Part shown: piece after piece, positions 10,328-19,717 of the stretch
How positions within the stretch are numbered: position 1 is the stretch's first letter
Layout: each line of letters begins with the position of its first letter
NCBI GenBank assembly: GCA_963850555.1
Contig: CAWKLT010000002.1
Coordinates: forward strand, 19,725 to 83,724
Direction of reading: 5' to 3'
DNA length: 64,000 bases
DNA from: an uncultured Chloroflexia bacterium
GTDB lineage: Bacteria; Chloroflexota; Limnocylindria; Limnocylindrales; CSP1-4
Translations under genes and position numbers: made by a program
Notes under the pieces: generated by a model
The model's database searches: none
What the model was told of the DNA's origin: nothing
Seen by the model: the letters and a program-made list of their open reading frames with translations, nothing else

Positions 10328-11078
10328 ACCCCTGCGCCTGACCTGGATCGGCCACTCGACGGTGCTCCTCGAGGTCGGGGGGCTCCGCTTGCTGACCGAT
10401 CCGTTCCTGCGTGATCGGTTGGGGCCGCTGCGTCGCAGCGGTCGGTCCGTCGATCCGACGTTGATCGGGAGGATCGATGCCGTCCTGCTCTCGCACGCGC
10501 ATCCCGATCACTTCGACCGGTCGTCATTGGCCGGATTGGAAGGCGATCCGTTGATCATCGTTCCCGCGGGTCTCGGCAAGGTCGCGAAACGCATGGGATT
10601 TCGCGCCCGGGAGCTCGCGGAGCACGAATCGGCCGACATCGGAGGGGTGGGCGTTACCGCCGTACCGGCCCATCACGGCCGGTGGCCGCGCTATCCATCG
10701 GCGGGCGCGCTCGGCTACCTCGTGGAGGGCACGCCCAGCGTCTACTTCGCCGGCGACACGTCCGCCTTCGCGGGCCTGCGGGCGCTGACAGGGCGCGTGG
10801 ACGTGGCGCTCCTCCCGATCGGCAGCTGGGGACCGCATTCGGCGCCATGGCACCTGGGGCCGCGTGGGGCCGCCAGGCTGGCGGACATGATCGGCGCGCG
10901 GTTGGTCGTCCCGATCCATTGGGGGACGCTCTACCCAGCCGGACTGGCGCGCGTGTGGGGAGGACCGCAGGAACGGCCCGCGATCCGTTTCAGGGCGGCG
11001 TGCGCCAGCCTGGCGCCGGCAACGGAGCTCCGGATCCTGGGCCCGGGCGAGACGACCGTCGTCGACGCGTTCGACTGA
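10320..11078 (+). CDS. MBL-fold metallo-hydrolase
   Basis: GTG 10320 lies within ORF 10098..11078. LTWIGHSTVLLE and the zinc motif LLSHAHPDHFD are present. The 8-nt overlap with the upstream membrane-protein gene suggests co-translation. Confidence 0.8.
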   Translation: MPEPLRLTWIGHSTVLLEVGGLRLLTDPFLRDRLGPLRRSGRSVDPTLIGRIDAVLLSHAHPDHFDRSSLAGLEGDPLIIVPAGLGKVAKRMGFRARELAEHESADIGGVGVTAVPAHHGRWPRYPSAGALGYLVEGTPSVYFAGDTSAFAGLRALTGRVDVALLPIGSWGPHSAPWHLGPRGAARLADMIGARLVVPIHWGTLYPAGLARVWGGPQERPAIRFRAACASLAPATELRILGPGETTVVDAFD

Positions 11079-11090
11079 GCGGCCGACCGG

Positions 11091-12101
11091 TCAGCCGGGG
11101 TCGCTCGCGGCAGCGGGCTCGGTCTGGATGAGCGTCGACGGCGTGTTGTGCACGGCCGGGATGCTGCCGAGGCGACCGGCCTGGTAGTCCGCCACGGCCT
11201 GGAGCACTTCCTCGCGCGTGTTCATCACGAACGGGCCCATCCAGGCGACGGGCTCGCGGATCGGTCGGCCGCCCAGGATCAGCACGTCGAGCGTTGGGCT
11301 CCGCTGCTCCTGCTGCGTCGAGGCGGACACAGTCAGCGCATCGCCCGCGCCGAGCACGGCGAGCTGGCCCGTCGCGATCGGACGACCGTCCGTGCCGATG
11401 CTCCCCTGCCCCGCCATGACGTAGACGAGGGCGTTGTAGTCGGGTCGCCATGGCAGCGACAGACGAGCGCCGGGACTCAGCGTGGCGTGGACGAGGGTCA
11501 TCGGGCTGTAGGTCGAGCCCGGGCCGGTATGGCCCGCCACCTCGCCGGCGATGACTCGGACCAGGGCCCCACCGTCCGGCGACGACAGGAGCGCCACCTC
11601 CTGCGCCCGGATGTCCTGGTACCGGGGCGCCGACCACTTCTGATCGGCCGGGAGATTGACCCAGAGCTGGAAGCCATGGAACAAGCCACCGCTCAGCACG
11701 AGCGCCTCCGGCGGCTTCTCGATGTGGAGGATCCCCGAGCCAGCGGTCATCCACTGCGTGTCGCCGTTCGTGATGAGCCCGCCGCCACCGTTCGAATCCT
11801 GGTGCTCGAATGTGCCATCGATCATGTACGTGACCGTCTCGAAGCCTCGATGCGGGTGCCACGGCGTGCCCTTGGGTTCGCCGGGGGCGTATTCGACCTC
11901 GCCCATCTGGTCGAGGTGAACGAACGGATCGAGATCCTCGAGCGCGACGCCGGCGAAGGCGCGGCGGACCGGGAACCCCTCCCCTTCGAAGCCGTGCGGG
12001 GCGTTCGTGATGCTGCGGACGGCTCGCTCATGCGAGACCGCAGGGTCTGGTGCGGGGATCCTTGGCAGGACGGTGATGTCTTCGACGACGACGGCGGGCA
12101 T
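11091..12101 (-). CDS. pirin family protein
   Basis: Intact 336-aa ORF with the cupin metal motif PWHPHRGFETVTYMIDG...H and the pirin C-terminal domain (VAWMGPFVMNTREEVLQAVADYQAG). SD AAGGAG lies upstream of ATG 12101. Confidence 0.9.
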   Translation of the reverse strand: MPAVVVEDITVLPRIPAPDPAVSHERAVRSITNAPHGFEGEGFPVRRAFAGVALEDLDPFVHLDQMGEVEYAPGEPKGTPWHPHRGFETVTYMIDGTFEHQDSNGGGGLITNGDTQWMTAGSGILHIEKPPEALVLSGGLFHGFQLWVNLPADQKWSAPRYQDIRAQEVALLSSPDGGALVRVIAGEVAGHTGPGSTYSPMTLVHATLSPGARLSLPWRPDYNALVYVMAGQGSIGTDGRPIATGQLAVLGAGDALTVSASTQQEQRSPTLDVLILGGRPIREPVAWMGPFVMNTREEVLQAVADYQAGRLGSIPAVHNTPSTLIQTEPAAASDPG

Positions 12102-12131
12102 GGGTTTCGAGCTCCTTGGGTGATTGCGATG

Positions 12132-12169
12132 ATGCTACTGCCTAGGTAGTTGTGGTGTCAACTACCTAG
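12132..12169 (-). promoter_or_regulatory. candidate sigma-70-type promoter of the pirin gene overlapped by a perfect 10-bp inverted repeat (operator-like)
   Basis: Minus strand: TTGACA (12161-12156), 18 nt, TAGCAT (12137-12132). Plus strand: ctaggtagtt (12142-12151), 8 nt, aactacctag (12160-12169). The repeat spans the -35 element and spacer and ends 8 nt before ATG 12178 of the divergent methyltransferase. Confidence 0.45.
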
Positions 12170-12177
12170 CGCGGCGA

Positions 12178-13059
12178 ATGACGGGCTCTAGACTCGTCCG
12201 CATGCGACCCGAGGATTCGAACCCGCACGTCCGCCCCGCGACGCCCGCCGAGCGGTCGAACACGCGAGGAATGCACGCCGCCAACCGCCGGGCCTGGGAC
12301 GAGGCCGCCGAGCGCTATGAGGGCTGGTTCGCCGAAGCGGTAGAGCTCATCTCGTCGGGCGGCACGAACCTCCTCCCCCCGGAGCTCGAGCTCATCGGCG
12401 ACCTGCACGGACGATGCCGGCGCGCGATCCACCTGCAGTGCGCCGGCGGTCGCGACACGCTGTCGCTCTGGAACCTGGGCGCCGACGAGGTCATCGGCGT
12501 CGACTTCAGCCCTCGCATGCTCGCGCTGGCAGAGCGCCTCTCGGCAACCGTGGGAGCGCCAGCACGCTGGATCGAAGCCGACGTGCTTGACACGCCGCAC
12601 GAGCTCGATGGGACGGCCGACCTCGTCTACACGGGTCGCGGCTCGCTGATGTGGCTGCAGGACCTCGAAGCGTGGGCCGTCGTGCTCTACCGCTTGCTGG
12701 CTCCGGGCGGCCGTCTAGTGCTGTTCGAGGGCCATCCCGCCGAGTGGCTGTTCGACGTGGATGCGGACGGGGCCTGGATCGCGACCGACTACGACTACTT
12801 CGCGGGCCCGGAAGCATCGAAGGGTTGGGCGCCGGAGTACATCGACCGGCTCTCGATCGAGGACGACGATCAGGCCTGGAAGTTCGCCAGAGCCTGGACG
12901 CTCGGCGAGATCGTCACGGCCATCCTGGGCTCCGGACTCCGCGTGGAGCGGCTCGCCGAGCACCCGACCGACTGGTGGGGCGGCCACGCCGACGTCCGCA
13001 ACGACGAGCGCGGTCGGATCCCCCTGTCGTTCTCGGTGCTGGCGCGGCGCGACGGTTAG
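12178..13059 (+). CDS. class I SAM-dependent methyltransferase
   Basis: Intact 293-aa ORF. AIHLQCAGGRDTLSLWNLGADEVIGVDFSPRML (motif I/II-like) and LLAPGGRLVLFEGHP are present. Later in-frame ATGs at 12202 and 12271 are possible starts. Confidence 0.8.
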   Translation: MTGSRLVRMRPEDSNPHVRPATPAERSNTRGMHAANRRAWDEAAERYEGWFAEAVELISSGGTNLLPPELELIGDLHGRCRRAIHLQCAGGRDTLSLWNLGADEVIGVDFSPRMLALAERLSATVGAPARWIEADVLDTPHELDGTADLVYTGRGSLMWLQDLEAWAVVLYRLLAPGGRLVLFEGHPAEWLFDVDADGAWIATDYDYFAGPEASKGWAPEYIDRLSIEDDDQAWKFARAWTLGEIVTAILGSGLRVERLAEHPTDWWGGHADVRNDERGRIPLSFSVLARRDG

Positions 13060-15117
13060 CCGGTCGGGCTTGCGGGCTGGTCCACCGACACCCAGGCACG
13101 ATCCAGGGAGAGGTGAACGACGGTCGAGCGCTCCTCGACGAGCGCCTGGCGAAGGGCGGGCTCGAAGTCGGCATCGCGCTCCACGTGCACGCCACGAGCC
13201 CCGAGCGCCCGGCCGATGCCCGCGAAGTCGACCGGTCCGAGCTCTGTCGCCACGCCTTCCCCGGTCCCACGGGTCTCCTGCCACATCCGGATCGTCCCGA
13301 ACCGCTCGTTGTCGAAGACGAGCACGATGATCCGGGCTCCCTCGCGGACCGCGGTCTCGAGCTCGGCCATGGTCATCGCCATGCCGCCGTCGCCGACGAG
13401 TGCGACGACCGGGCGGTCGCGATGGACCAGCGACGCCGCGATCGCGGCCGGCACGCCGTAACCCATCGCCCCGGACGTCGGCCCGAGGAAGGTGCCGGGC
13501 TTGCGGAACCGGAATCCACGACCGGCCCAGCCGGCGAAGTTGCCCGCGTCCGTGGTGACGATCGCGTCGTCGGGCAGGACGTGGCGCATGGTCGCGATGA
13601 CGCGCCCGGGGTGGACGCCTGGCCCAGCCCAGGCATCCGCGCCAGCGTCCACGATCGTCGCGGCCTCCCAGGCGGCGCGGTCGGCGGTGTTGTGTTCCTG
13701 GCGCCGCGCGACGAGTGCGGCATCCAGCACGGCCTTGCCGAGCAACCGCTCGTTGGCTGCACGTAGGAAGGCACGCGCGTCGGCGGCTACGGTCAGGGTG
13801 GCCTCGCGCAGGCCGTCGGCTCGTGCAGGCTCGAGGTCGACATGAGCCCAGCGGGTGGTTTCCGCCGGTATCGCGTCGTCGTACGAGGTCGGCTCGTTCA
13901 GGCGGCAGCCGATCACGAGCATCGCATCGGCGGCAGCGAGCCGTTCGCGCACCGACGCGGCTGCACCGAAACCGGCCATCCCGAGGTAGAGCGCATGCTC
14001 GTTCGAGATGACATCGGCCCGTCGCCAGGCGGCCACGACCGGGACCTGCAGCAATTCCGCGAACTTCAGCAGCTCGGTCGACGTGCGGGCACGCAGGATG
14101 CCGCCACCGGCGAGGATGACCGGGCGCTCGGCCGACGCGAGCAGCTCGATGACCGCACGCAGGTCCTCGTCGGTTGGTCGTGCCGGGCCCGGTCGCCCAG
14201 CGTCCACGCGCGCATCGTCTGGCGCCGGTTGATCGAGCAGGTCCTCCGCGAACGACAGCAGGACCGGCCCGGGACGCCCGCCGAGGGCCTGACGGATGGC
14301 CTCGGACATGGCCAGGGCGACGTCCGCCGGCTGGCTGGGCTCGGCGGCCCATTTCGCCAGCCCGCCGATGGTGGCGACGGGCTCGATCTCCTGGAACGCC
14401 TCGTGCCCGCGGTGCGCGTTCTCGACCTGGCCGATGATCGCGAACATCGGGGTCGAGTCCTGGCGCGCCGTGTGGATCCCGATGGCGAGATTGGCGGCCC
14501 CGACGCCGCGCGTGCCGAGGCAGACGGCGGGCCGACCCGTGAGCTGGCCGTGGGCCTCGGCCATGAACGCGGCGCCACCCTCGTGGCGAGTGGCGACGAC
14601 GCGGATGCCGGCATCGCCGAGCGCGTCGAGGAGGCCCAGGAACGATTCGCCGGGCACGGTGAATGCGTAGCGGACGCCGGCGCTGCGCAGTGCGTCGGCG
14701 ACGAGGCGGCCGACAGTCCGTGGGCCCTGGGCGGCAGGCGCGTCTTCGGCAGGCGCATCTGAAGCGGGCGCCACTTCGGCCGGCCCCACGGTGGCCTCGA
14801 TGGCCGGGGGCTGGCCTGGCGCACCGGGTGCCTCCATCGGCGGCGGTTGCTGCTTCGTCAGGCGGCGTCGGCTCCCCCGGCTCGCCCGGCGGTTCGGACG
14901 GGGGCCATTCAGGCGAGCTCGGTGGCTCGGACGGTGGCAGGTCCACTGGCGGCCCATCGCCCGGTGCCTCCTGTGGCGACGTCGGCGGATCCGACTCACC
15001 GGGCTCCCCGGGGGCCTCGAGCGGCGTGACCTCGGGCGCGTCGATCGTCGGATCGTCCGTCGCCGCCACGGGATCCTCGGTCACCTCGGTCTCGGACTCG
15101 GTCATCAGGCGTTCCAC
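13056..15117 (-). CDS. thiamine-pyrophosphate-binding enzyme (acetolactate synthase large-subunit-like) with possible Pro/Glu-rich N-terminal extension; frame broken once if the extension is real
   Basis: ORF 13056..14999 has a TPP enzyme N-domain (VRYAFTVPGESFLGLLDAL, ATRHEGGAAFMAEAHG) and the TPP motif GDGGMAMTMAELETAV...VFDNERFG. Upstream, ORF 12715..15117 opens with 90 GC3-rich codons (ERLMTESETEVTEDP...PPGEPGEPTPPDE). These join the main frame at ~14840-14862, and the span length is 3n+1. Alternative starts are ATG 15105 and ATG 14837. Confidence 0.8.
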
Positions 15118-15130
15118 GGTGCGAACGGGC

Positions 15131-15235
15131 TCAGACCGCGACCGGATAGGTCACCGCCGAGGCGATCAGGCCGAGGACGATGACGACGGTCACGATGACC
15201 ATCACGATGCGGGCGAAGCGAGATCCAGGCAGCAC
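15131..15235 (-). CDS. possible 34-codon single-helix membrane peptide (speculative)
   Basis: Hand translation from GTG 15235: VLPGSRFARIVMVIVTVVIVLGLIASAVTYPVAV, ending at TGA 15131-15133. It sits between the yajQ stop and the TPP-enzyme start. It is too short for the ORF track and has no clear SD. Confidence 0.25.
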   Translation of the reverse strand: MLPGSRFARIVMVIVTVVIVLGLIASAVTYPVAV

Positions 15236-15243
15236 CCATCACC

Positions 15244-15735
15244 TCAGCGGTAGTTCTGGAACTGCAACGGAACGGCCTCATCGAGCTCGCGCAGGCGGGT
15301 GATGACCTTCTGGAGCTCGTCCTTGCTCTTGCTCGTTACGCGGACCGCGTCGCCCTGGATCTGCGACTTGGCCTTCGGGAATTCGTCGCGGATCAGCTTC
15401 GTGATGCGCTTGGCGAGGTCCTCGGGCAGCCCGCGCCGCAGCTTGATCTCCTGGCGCACTTTGTTGCCGCCGGCCGGCTCGACCTTGCCCCAGTCGAAGA
15501 TCTTGAGCGACAGGTTCCGCTTGATCGCCTTCGATTCGATGAGGTCCTTGACCGCGCTGGCGCGATGCTCGTCGTCGGTGACGAGCACGATCTCCTCCTT
15601 GGCCTGCGTCAGGTCGACCGTGACGCCCTTGAAGTCGTAGCGCTGGCCGACCTCGCGCCGAACCTGATCGAGCGCGTTGCGCAGTTCCTGTTCGTCGAAG
15701 TCGCTCACGACGTCGAATGAGGCATCGCCTGCCAT
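15244..15735 (-). CDS. yajQ: YajQ family (UPF0234) nucleotide/cyclic-di-GMP-binding protein
   Basis: ATG 15735 within ORF 15244..15906, preceded by GAGGAGGA. The 163-aa product begins MAGDASFDVVSDFDEQELRNALDQVRREVGQRYDFKG and ends ...LQFQNYR, matching the YajQ pattern. Confidence 0.9.
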   Translation of the reverse strand: MAGDASFDVVSDFDEQELRNALDQVRREVGQRYDFKGVTVDLTQAKEEIVLVTDDEHRASAVKDLIESKAIKRNLSLKIFDWGKVEPAGGNKVRQEIKLRRGLPEDLAKRITKLIRDEFPKAKSQIQGDAVRVTSKSKDELQKVITRLRELDEAVPLQFQNYR

Positions 15736-15742
15736 GGTCCTC

Positions 15743-15772
15743 CTCTTCCCTATCCGGCTCTTCCCTATCCGG
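15743..15772. repeat. perfect tandem duplication of a 15-bp unit (ctcttccctatccgg x2)
   Basis: Read directly from the sequence. It spans the stop codon (15765-15767) of the SnoaL-like gene and abuts the yajQ Shine-Dalgarno region. Confidence 0.85.
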
Positions 15773-16154
15773 TCGCCGGTGTCTCGCGTCGATGCCACCA
15801 CTCGCGGAAGCGACGGATGCGGCCGTCGCCCGCGAGCTCCAGCGTCATGAAGCCGGCAAGGCGGACGCGGGCGCGGTTCGTGCGCTGCACATAGCTGGCG
15901 TGCCACGCGGCAAGTGCCGTGTCACCCACGACCCAATGCCGCTCCACGGTCATCTCGACCTGGTCCTGGGCCTCGGCCGCTTCGAGCAAGTATGCCCGGA
16001 GCGCGTTGGACCCGACCAGTGGCGGTTCGAACGGATCCTCGTGATACTCGGCATCCTCGGTGAAAAGATCGGTCCAGCCGTCGCCGTCAAAGGTCTCCCA
16101 GGCGCGCTTGTAGCGATCCAGGAGGTCGGCGGCGGAAGCGTGGTCCACGGTCAT
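15765..16154 (-). CDS. nuclear transport factor 2 / SnoaL-like family protein
   Basis: Last 129 codons of ORF 15765..17249, from ATG 16154 (MTVDHASAADLLDRYKRAWETFDGDGWTDLFTEDAEYHEDPF...RIRRFREWW). ATGA overlap with the stop of the upstream Mur ligase gene. Confidence 0.7.
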   Translation of the reverse strand: MTVDHASAADLLDRYKRAWETFDGDGWTDLFTEDAEYHEDPFEPPLVGSNALRAYLLEAAEAQDQVEMTVERHWVVGDTALAAWHASYVQRTNRARVRLAGFMTLELAGDGRIRRFREWWHRRETPATG

Positions 16155-17712
16155 TCCTCCGATCCGAGTCGCCGTAGCAGGCCCTCGGCGATCCGGTAGC
16201 TGTTGCCCCCGCCCATCACGAGGACGGCATCCCCCGGCCGGACCTGGTGTGCGAGCCATTCCGCGGTCTCGTCGACCGAGCCTGGGGCCTCGACCAGGAT
16301 CCCCGGCCGGACCCGGGCCACGGCCTGCGCGAGGCCGGCGGCGGAGGCGACCGTGGTGTCCGGGTCTCGACCGGCCCAGATGTCCGCCACGACCACCGCG
16401 TCCGCTGTCGCGAGCGCGTCGGCGAAGGCGGGCAGGAGGGCGGCCGTCCGATGGTACGTCAACGGCTCGTACACCGCCCACACGCGCCGACCCGGTTCGC
16501 GCTGCCGGATCGCCGTGAGCGTCTCGCGGATGGCGGTGGGGTGGTGGCCGTAGTCGTCGTAGACCACGACACCGCCCGCCTCGCCCTTGTGCTCCAGGCG
16601 ACGCCCGACGCCCTCGAAGGATCCGAGCGCCGAGACGATCTCGGCGGCCGGCACGCCCAACGACATGGCCGCGCCGGCCACGGCGAGCGCGTTGGCCGCG
16701 TTGTGCCGTCCAGCCGTGCTCAGCCGGGCGACGACGGGCCCGGTCGGGGAGTCCAGGCCGTGGATCTCGAGCGTCGTGCCCTCGCGGTCGGCGCTCGTGA
16801 TGCGACCCATGAGCGGTGTCGCCGGCCGACCATCGACGCCGAACCGGTCGGCGAGGCCGCGCGAGGTACCCGCCTCGCGCTGGGTCGACCTCGGTGAGCG
16901 CGTAGGCCACGACCGTCGAGCGGCCGATCCCGGATGACCTGGTCCAGCACGGCTTCGACGCCCGGGTCGCCGGCATTGGCGACGATCGTGCCGCCGTCCG
17001 GCATCCGCCCCAGCCAGGTCGCGAAGGCATCGATGACCGCGGCCGAATCGGCGAAGACGTCCGGGTGGTCCCATTCGGCGCTCGTGAGCACGGCAAGATC
17101 CGGCCGGTAGGGGTCGAAGTTGCCGGCGTACTCGTCGGCCTCGACGACGAACGGGGCGCCTCGTCCCGTCCGGGCCGTGGACGGCAGGCCGCCGGTGATC
17201 GGACTGGGCAGCAACGCCCCGACGAACGCCGCCGGGTCCAGGCCCGCATTCACGAGCACATGGACGAGCCAGCCGGCGGTCGTGCTCTTGCCGTGGGTCC
17301 CCGCGACGCCCACGAGCGTGCGCCCGACGGCGGCGTCCGCGACGGCCTGTTGCCAGGACTCCAGGGGGATGCCGGCCTCGATCGCCGCGCGAAGCTCGGG
17401 ATGATCGGCGTGGACCGCGGTCAGGGCCTTGGTGACCGCCACCCGATCCGGGACGGGTTCGCTCGTGATGTGATCGGCGCTGTGCTGCCAGTCCAGCGTG
17501 ACCCCGGCCTCCTCGAGCGGCGGCGTGTACGGCGACGCCCCACCGGCGTCACACCCGGTCACGAGCGCGCCCGCGTGGTGGGCGAGGAGGGCCGCGGCGC
17601 TGGCACCGGCACCCGCGACGCCGATGACGTGCAGCCGCTGGCCGGCGGGGATCGGCCGTGCGGGACGGGCCGGCGCGAGGCCCGCACCGATGGCGGCCGC
17701 GTCGCGCGTCAC
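16151..17712 (-). CDS. Mur ligase family protein, UDP-N-acetylmuramate--L-alanine ligase-like (MurC/Mpl type); frame broken twice
   Basis: ORF 16720..17799 has HVIGVAGAGASAAALL, the P-loop GVAGTHGKSTT and EADEYAGNF. The short middle piece RSTVVAYALTEVDP is in the ORF 15765..17249 frame. ORF 16151..17074 has DDYGHHPTAIRETL...LVMGGGNSY. Junctions lie at ~16925-16932 and ~16878-16885, and the span length is 3n+2. GTG 17712 overlaps the cinA stop (GTGA). Confidence 0.7.
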
Positions 17713-18212
17713 GTGTCGCTGGCGGCGAGGCGCTCGAGCACGAGCGACAGCGCGGCCGCCGCGCTCGCCCGCTTGTTGCCACTCCGGTCTTCCGACCACA
17801 GGTGCCGGCGAACGTCATCGCCGCCGGCGTCGGCGATGCCGACGTACGTCAGGCCGACCGGTTTCGTGTCGCTGCCGCCATCCGGTCCGGCGACCCCGGT
17901 GACGGAGACCGCGACGTCCACGCCGAGCCGGCGCCGGGTGCCCTCGGCCATCGCGACAGCCACCTGGGCGGACACGGCACCGTGGGCGTCAAGGACGCTC
18001 GCGGGGACGTCGGCCAGCGCCGTCTTCACGTCGTCGTCGTAGGTGACCAGGCCGCCCACGAAATAGGCGCTCGAGCCCGGGATCTCGGTGATGAGGTGGG
18101 CGACCAGCCCCCCGGTACACGACTCAGCCGTGGCGAGGGTGCGGTTGCCGGCACGGCACGATGCCCCGACGCGCTCGGCGAGGTCCAGGAGCTCCTCGTC
18201 GGTCGGTGGCAC
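17709..18212 (-). CDS. pncC: CinA C-terminal domain protein (nicotinamide-nucleotide amidohydrolase PncC-like)
   Basis: The C-terminal ~167 codons of ORF 17709..18461 carry LATAESCTGGLVAHLITEIPGSSAYFVGGLVTYDDDVK...GLTYVG. The start is uncertain (GTG 18212 chosen; CTG 18221 is possible). Confidence 0.75.
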   Translation of the reverse strand: MPPTDEELLDLAERVGASCRAGNRTLATAESCTGGLVAHLITEIPGSSAYFVGGLVTYDDDVKTALADVPASVLDAHGAVSAQVAVAMAEGTRRRLGVDVAVSVTGVAGPDGGSDTKPVGLTYVGIADAGGDDVRRHLWSEDRSGNKRASAAAALSLVLERLAASDT

Positions 18213-18217
18213 GTCCG

Positions 18218-19581
18218 TCAGCGACGCTGGGTCAGCTCGGGCTTGGCGGGTGGCTCGAACAGCCAGGTCTCGGGCGTGCCGCTGCGACCCAGCGCCCCGA
18301 GCGACGTCCCGTTGAGCGCGAACTTCGTCACGCCCGACGAGCCCGTGCGAACCTCGATCGACTTCTTGCCGTTGAAGGTCAGGGTCTTGCCATCGTTGTA
18401 GACCCGGCCGGCCGCGCCGATGTCGGGATGGATCTTGCCGTCGACCCAGACCTTGATCCACGCACGACCGCCGTCGATCGATACGACGAGGTTGACGCCC
18501 TTGAAGGCGACCGTCACCGCGCGGCTGAGGGATGAGGTCTTGCCCTCGGGACTCGAGGCGGTCACGGTGATCGCCCAGTTGCCGGCCGTCAGCTCGAATG
18601 GCGTGGTGAACGTGCCGTCCTCGGCGACCGGGACCGTGACGGGCGCCGGCACGGCCGGTGGTGCGGGTGTCGCGGCACCGGCCTTCACGGGCTCCGCAGG
18701 ACCCGAGTACGCGGCGCTCACCACGACCGAGTCCGCATTCGTCGTGCGGCCCTGGACGGGGATCGCCCCGTTCTCGAAGGTCGCGCCCTCTGCCGGCTGG
18801 TCGATGCTGAGGGTCGGCGAGACGAAGACCAGGTACGGCACTTCGATGAACAGGCTGACCGCAGCCTCCGATTGCTTGCCCGTATCCGGGTCGACCGCCG
18901 AGACCTCGAACTGGTTGCGCCCGCGGCGCAACTCCACGCTCGCGCTCCAGTCGCCGTCGGCGTCGGCGCTGACGCTGTACGGGTCGCGCCCCGGTGTGGC
19001 GATGTTGATGGTGGCGCCCGCTGCCGACGTGCCTTTCAGCAGGTACTCGGTGGCCGATTCATCGACCTCGGTCACCGCGGCCGCCGGGCGCCGTGACCGC
19101 GATCGTGGGCGGCTTGGCGAAGCGCAGCAGCTGGACGCCGAGATACGCGGCGAACGCGAGGACCGCCACGGACAGCAGGGCGAAGACGACGAGGCTCGGT
19201 GAGAAGGTCAGGCCCTTGCGCGGCGTGGCGATCGGTCGCGGGACGGTGATGACGGCCTGTGGCTCGCGCGGATCGCCGCGCTCGCGTCGCCACTGCAGGA
19301 GCACGTCATCGGGGTCCAGCCCGAGATACAGCGCGTAGTTGCGCAGGAATCCCTTCGTGTAGACGTTCCCCGGCAGCTCGCGATAGTCGCCGCGCTCGAG
19401 GGCGGCCAGGTAGCGGACCCGGATCTTCGTGTCGCGCTCGGCGCGGTACAGGTCGACGCCCTTGCGCTCGCGGGCCGCCAGCAAGCCGTTCGGGCAGCCC
19501 CGGAGCGGGTTCCGCGGTGATCGGGCGTGCCTCGCCGCGCTCGGCTCTGACGGCTCGCCGGACCTGGTCCCGTGTCGTCAT
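18218..19581 (-). CDS. rodZ: RodZ-like cytoskeleton protein (HTH domain + TM helix + DUF4115-like C-terminal domain); frame broken twice
   Basis: ATG 19581 (MTTRDQVRRAVRAERGEARPITAEPAPGLPERL) joins ORF 19059..19484 at ~19480-19490 (LAARERKGVDLYRAERDTKIRVRYLAALERGDY, TM FSPSLVVFALLSVAVLAFAAYLGV). That ORF joins ORF 18218..19075 at ~19076-19095 (...VNLVVSIDGGRAWIKVWVDGK). The span length is 3n+2. Confidence 0.65.
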
Positions 19582-19717
19582 CGAGCAGTTCCGTCCTTAT
19601 CGCGCGCGGTCGTGTCCCGGTCGTCCTGGTCCCGTGCCACCCCGACGACCACCGTGGCGAAAGGATACCCCAGCGACGTTCGGAATCCGTATCGATGCCC
19701 GAATGGGCGCCGTGATC

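Noticed and set aside
12715-15117. 800-aa minus-strand ORF treated as a gene in its own right.
   Set aside because: Only its first ~90 codons look coding. The rest (RCARPAPGHRGHRGAGRSGARFRC...) is the off-frame of the clearly conserved TPP enzyme in ORF 13056..14999.
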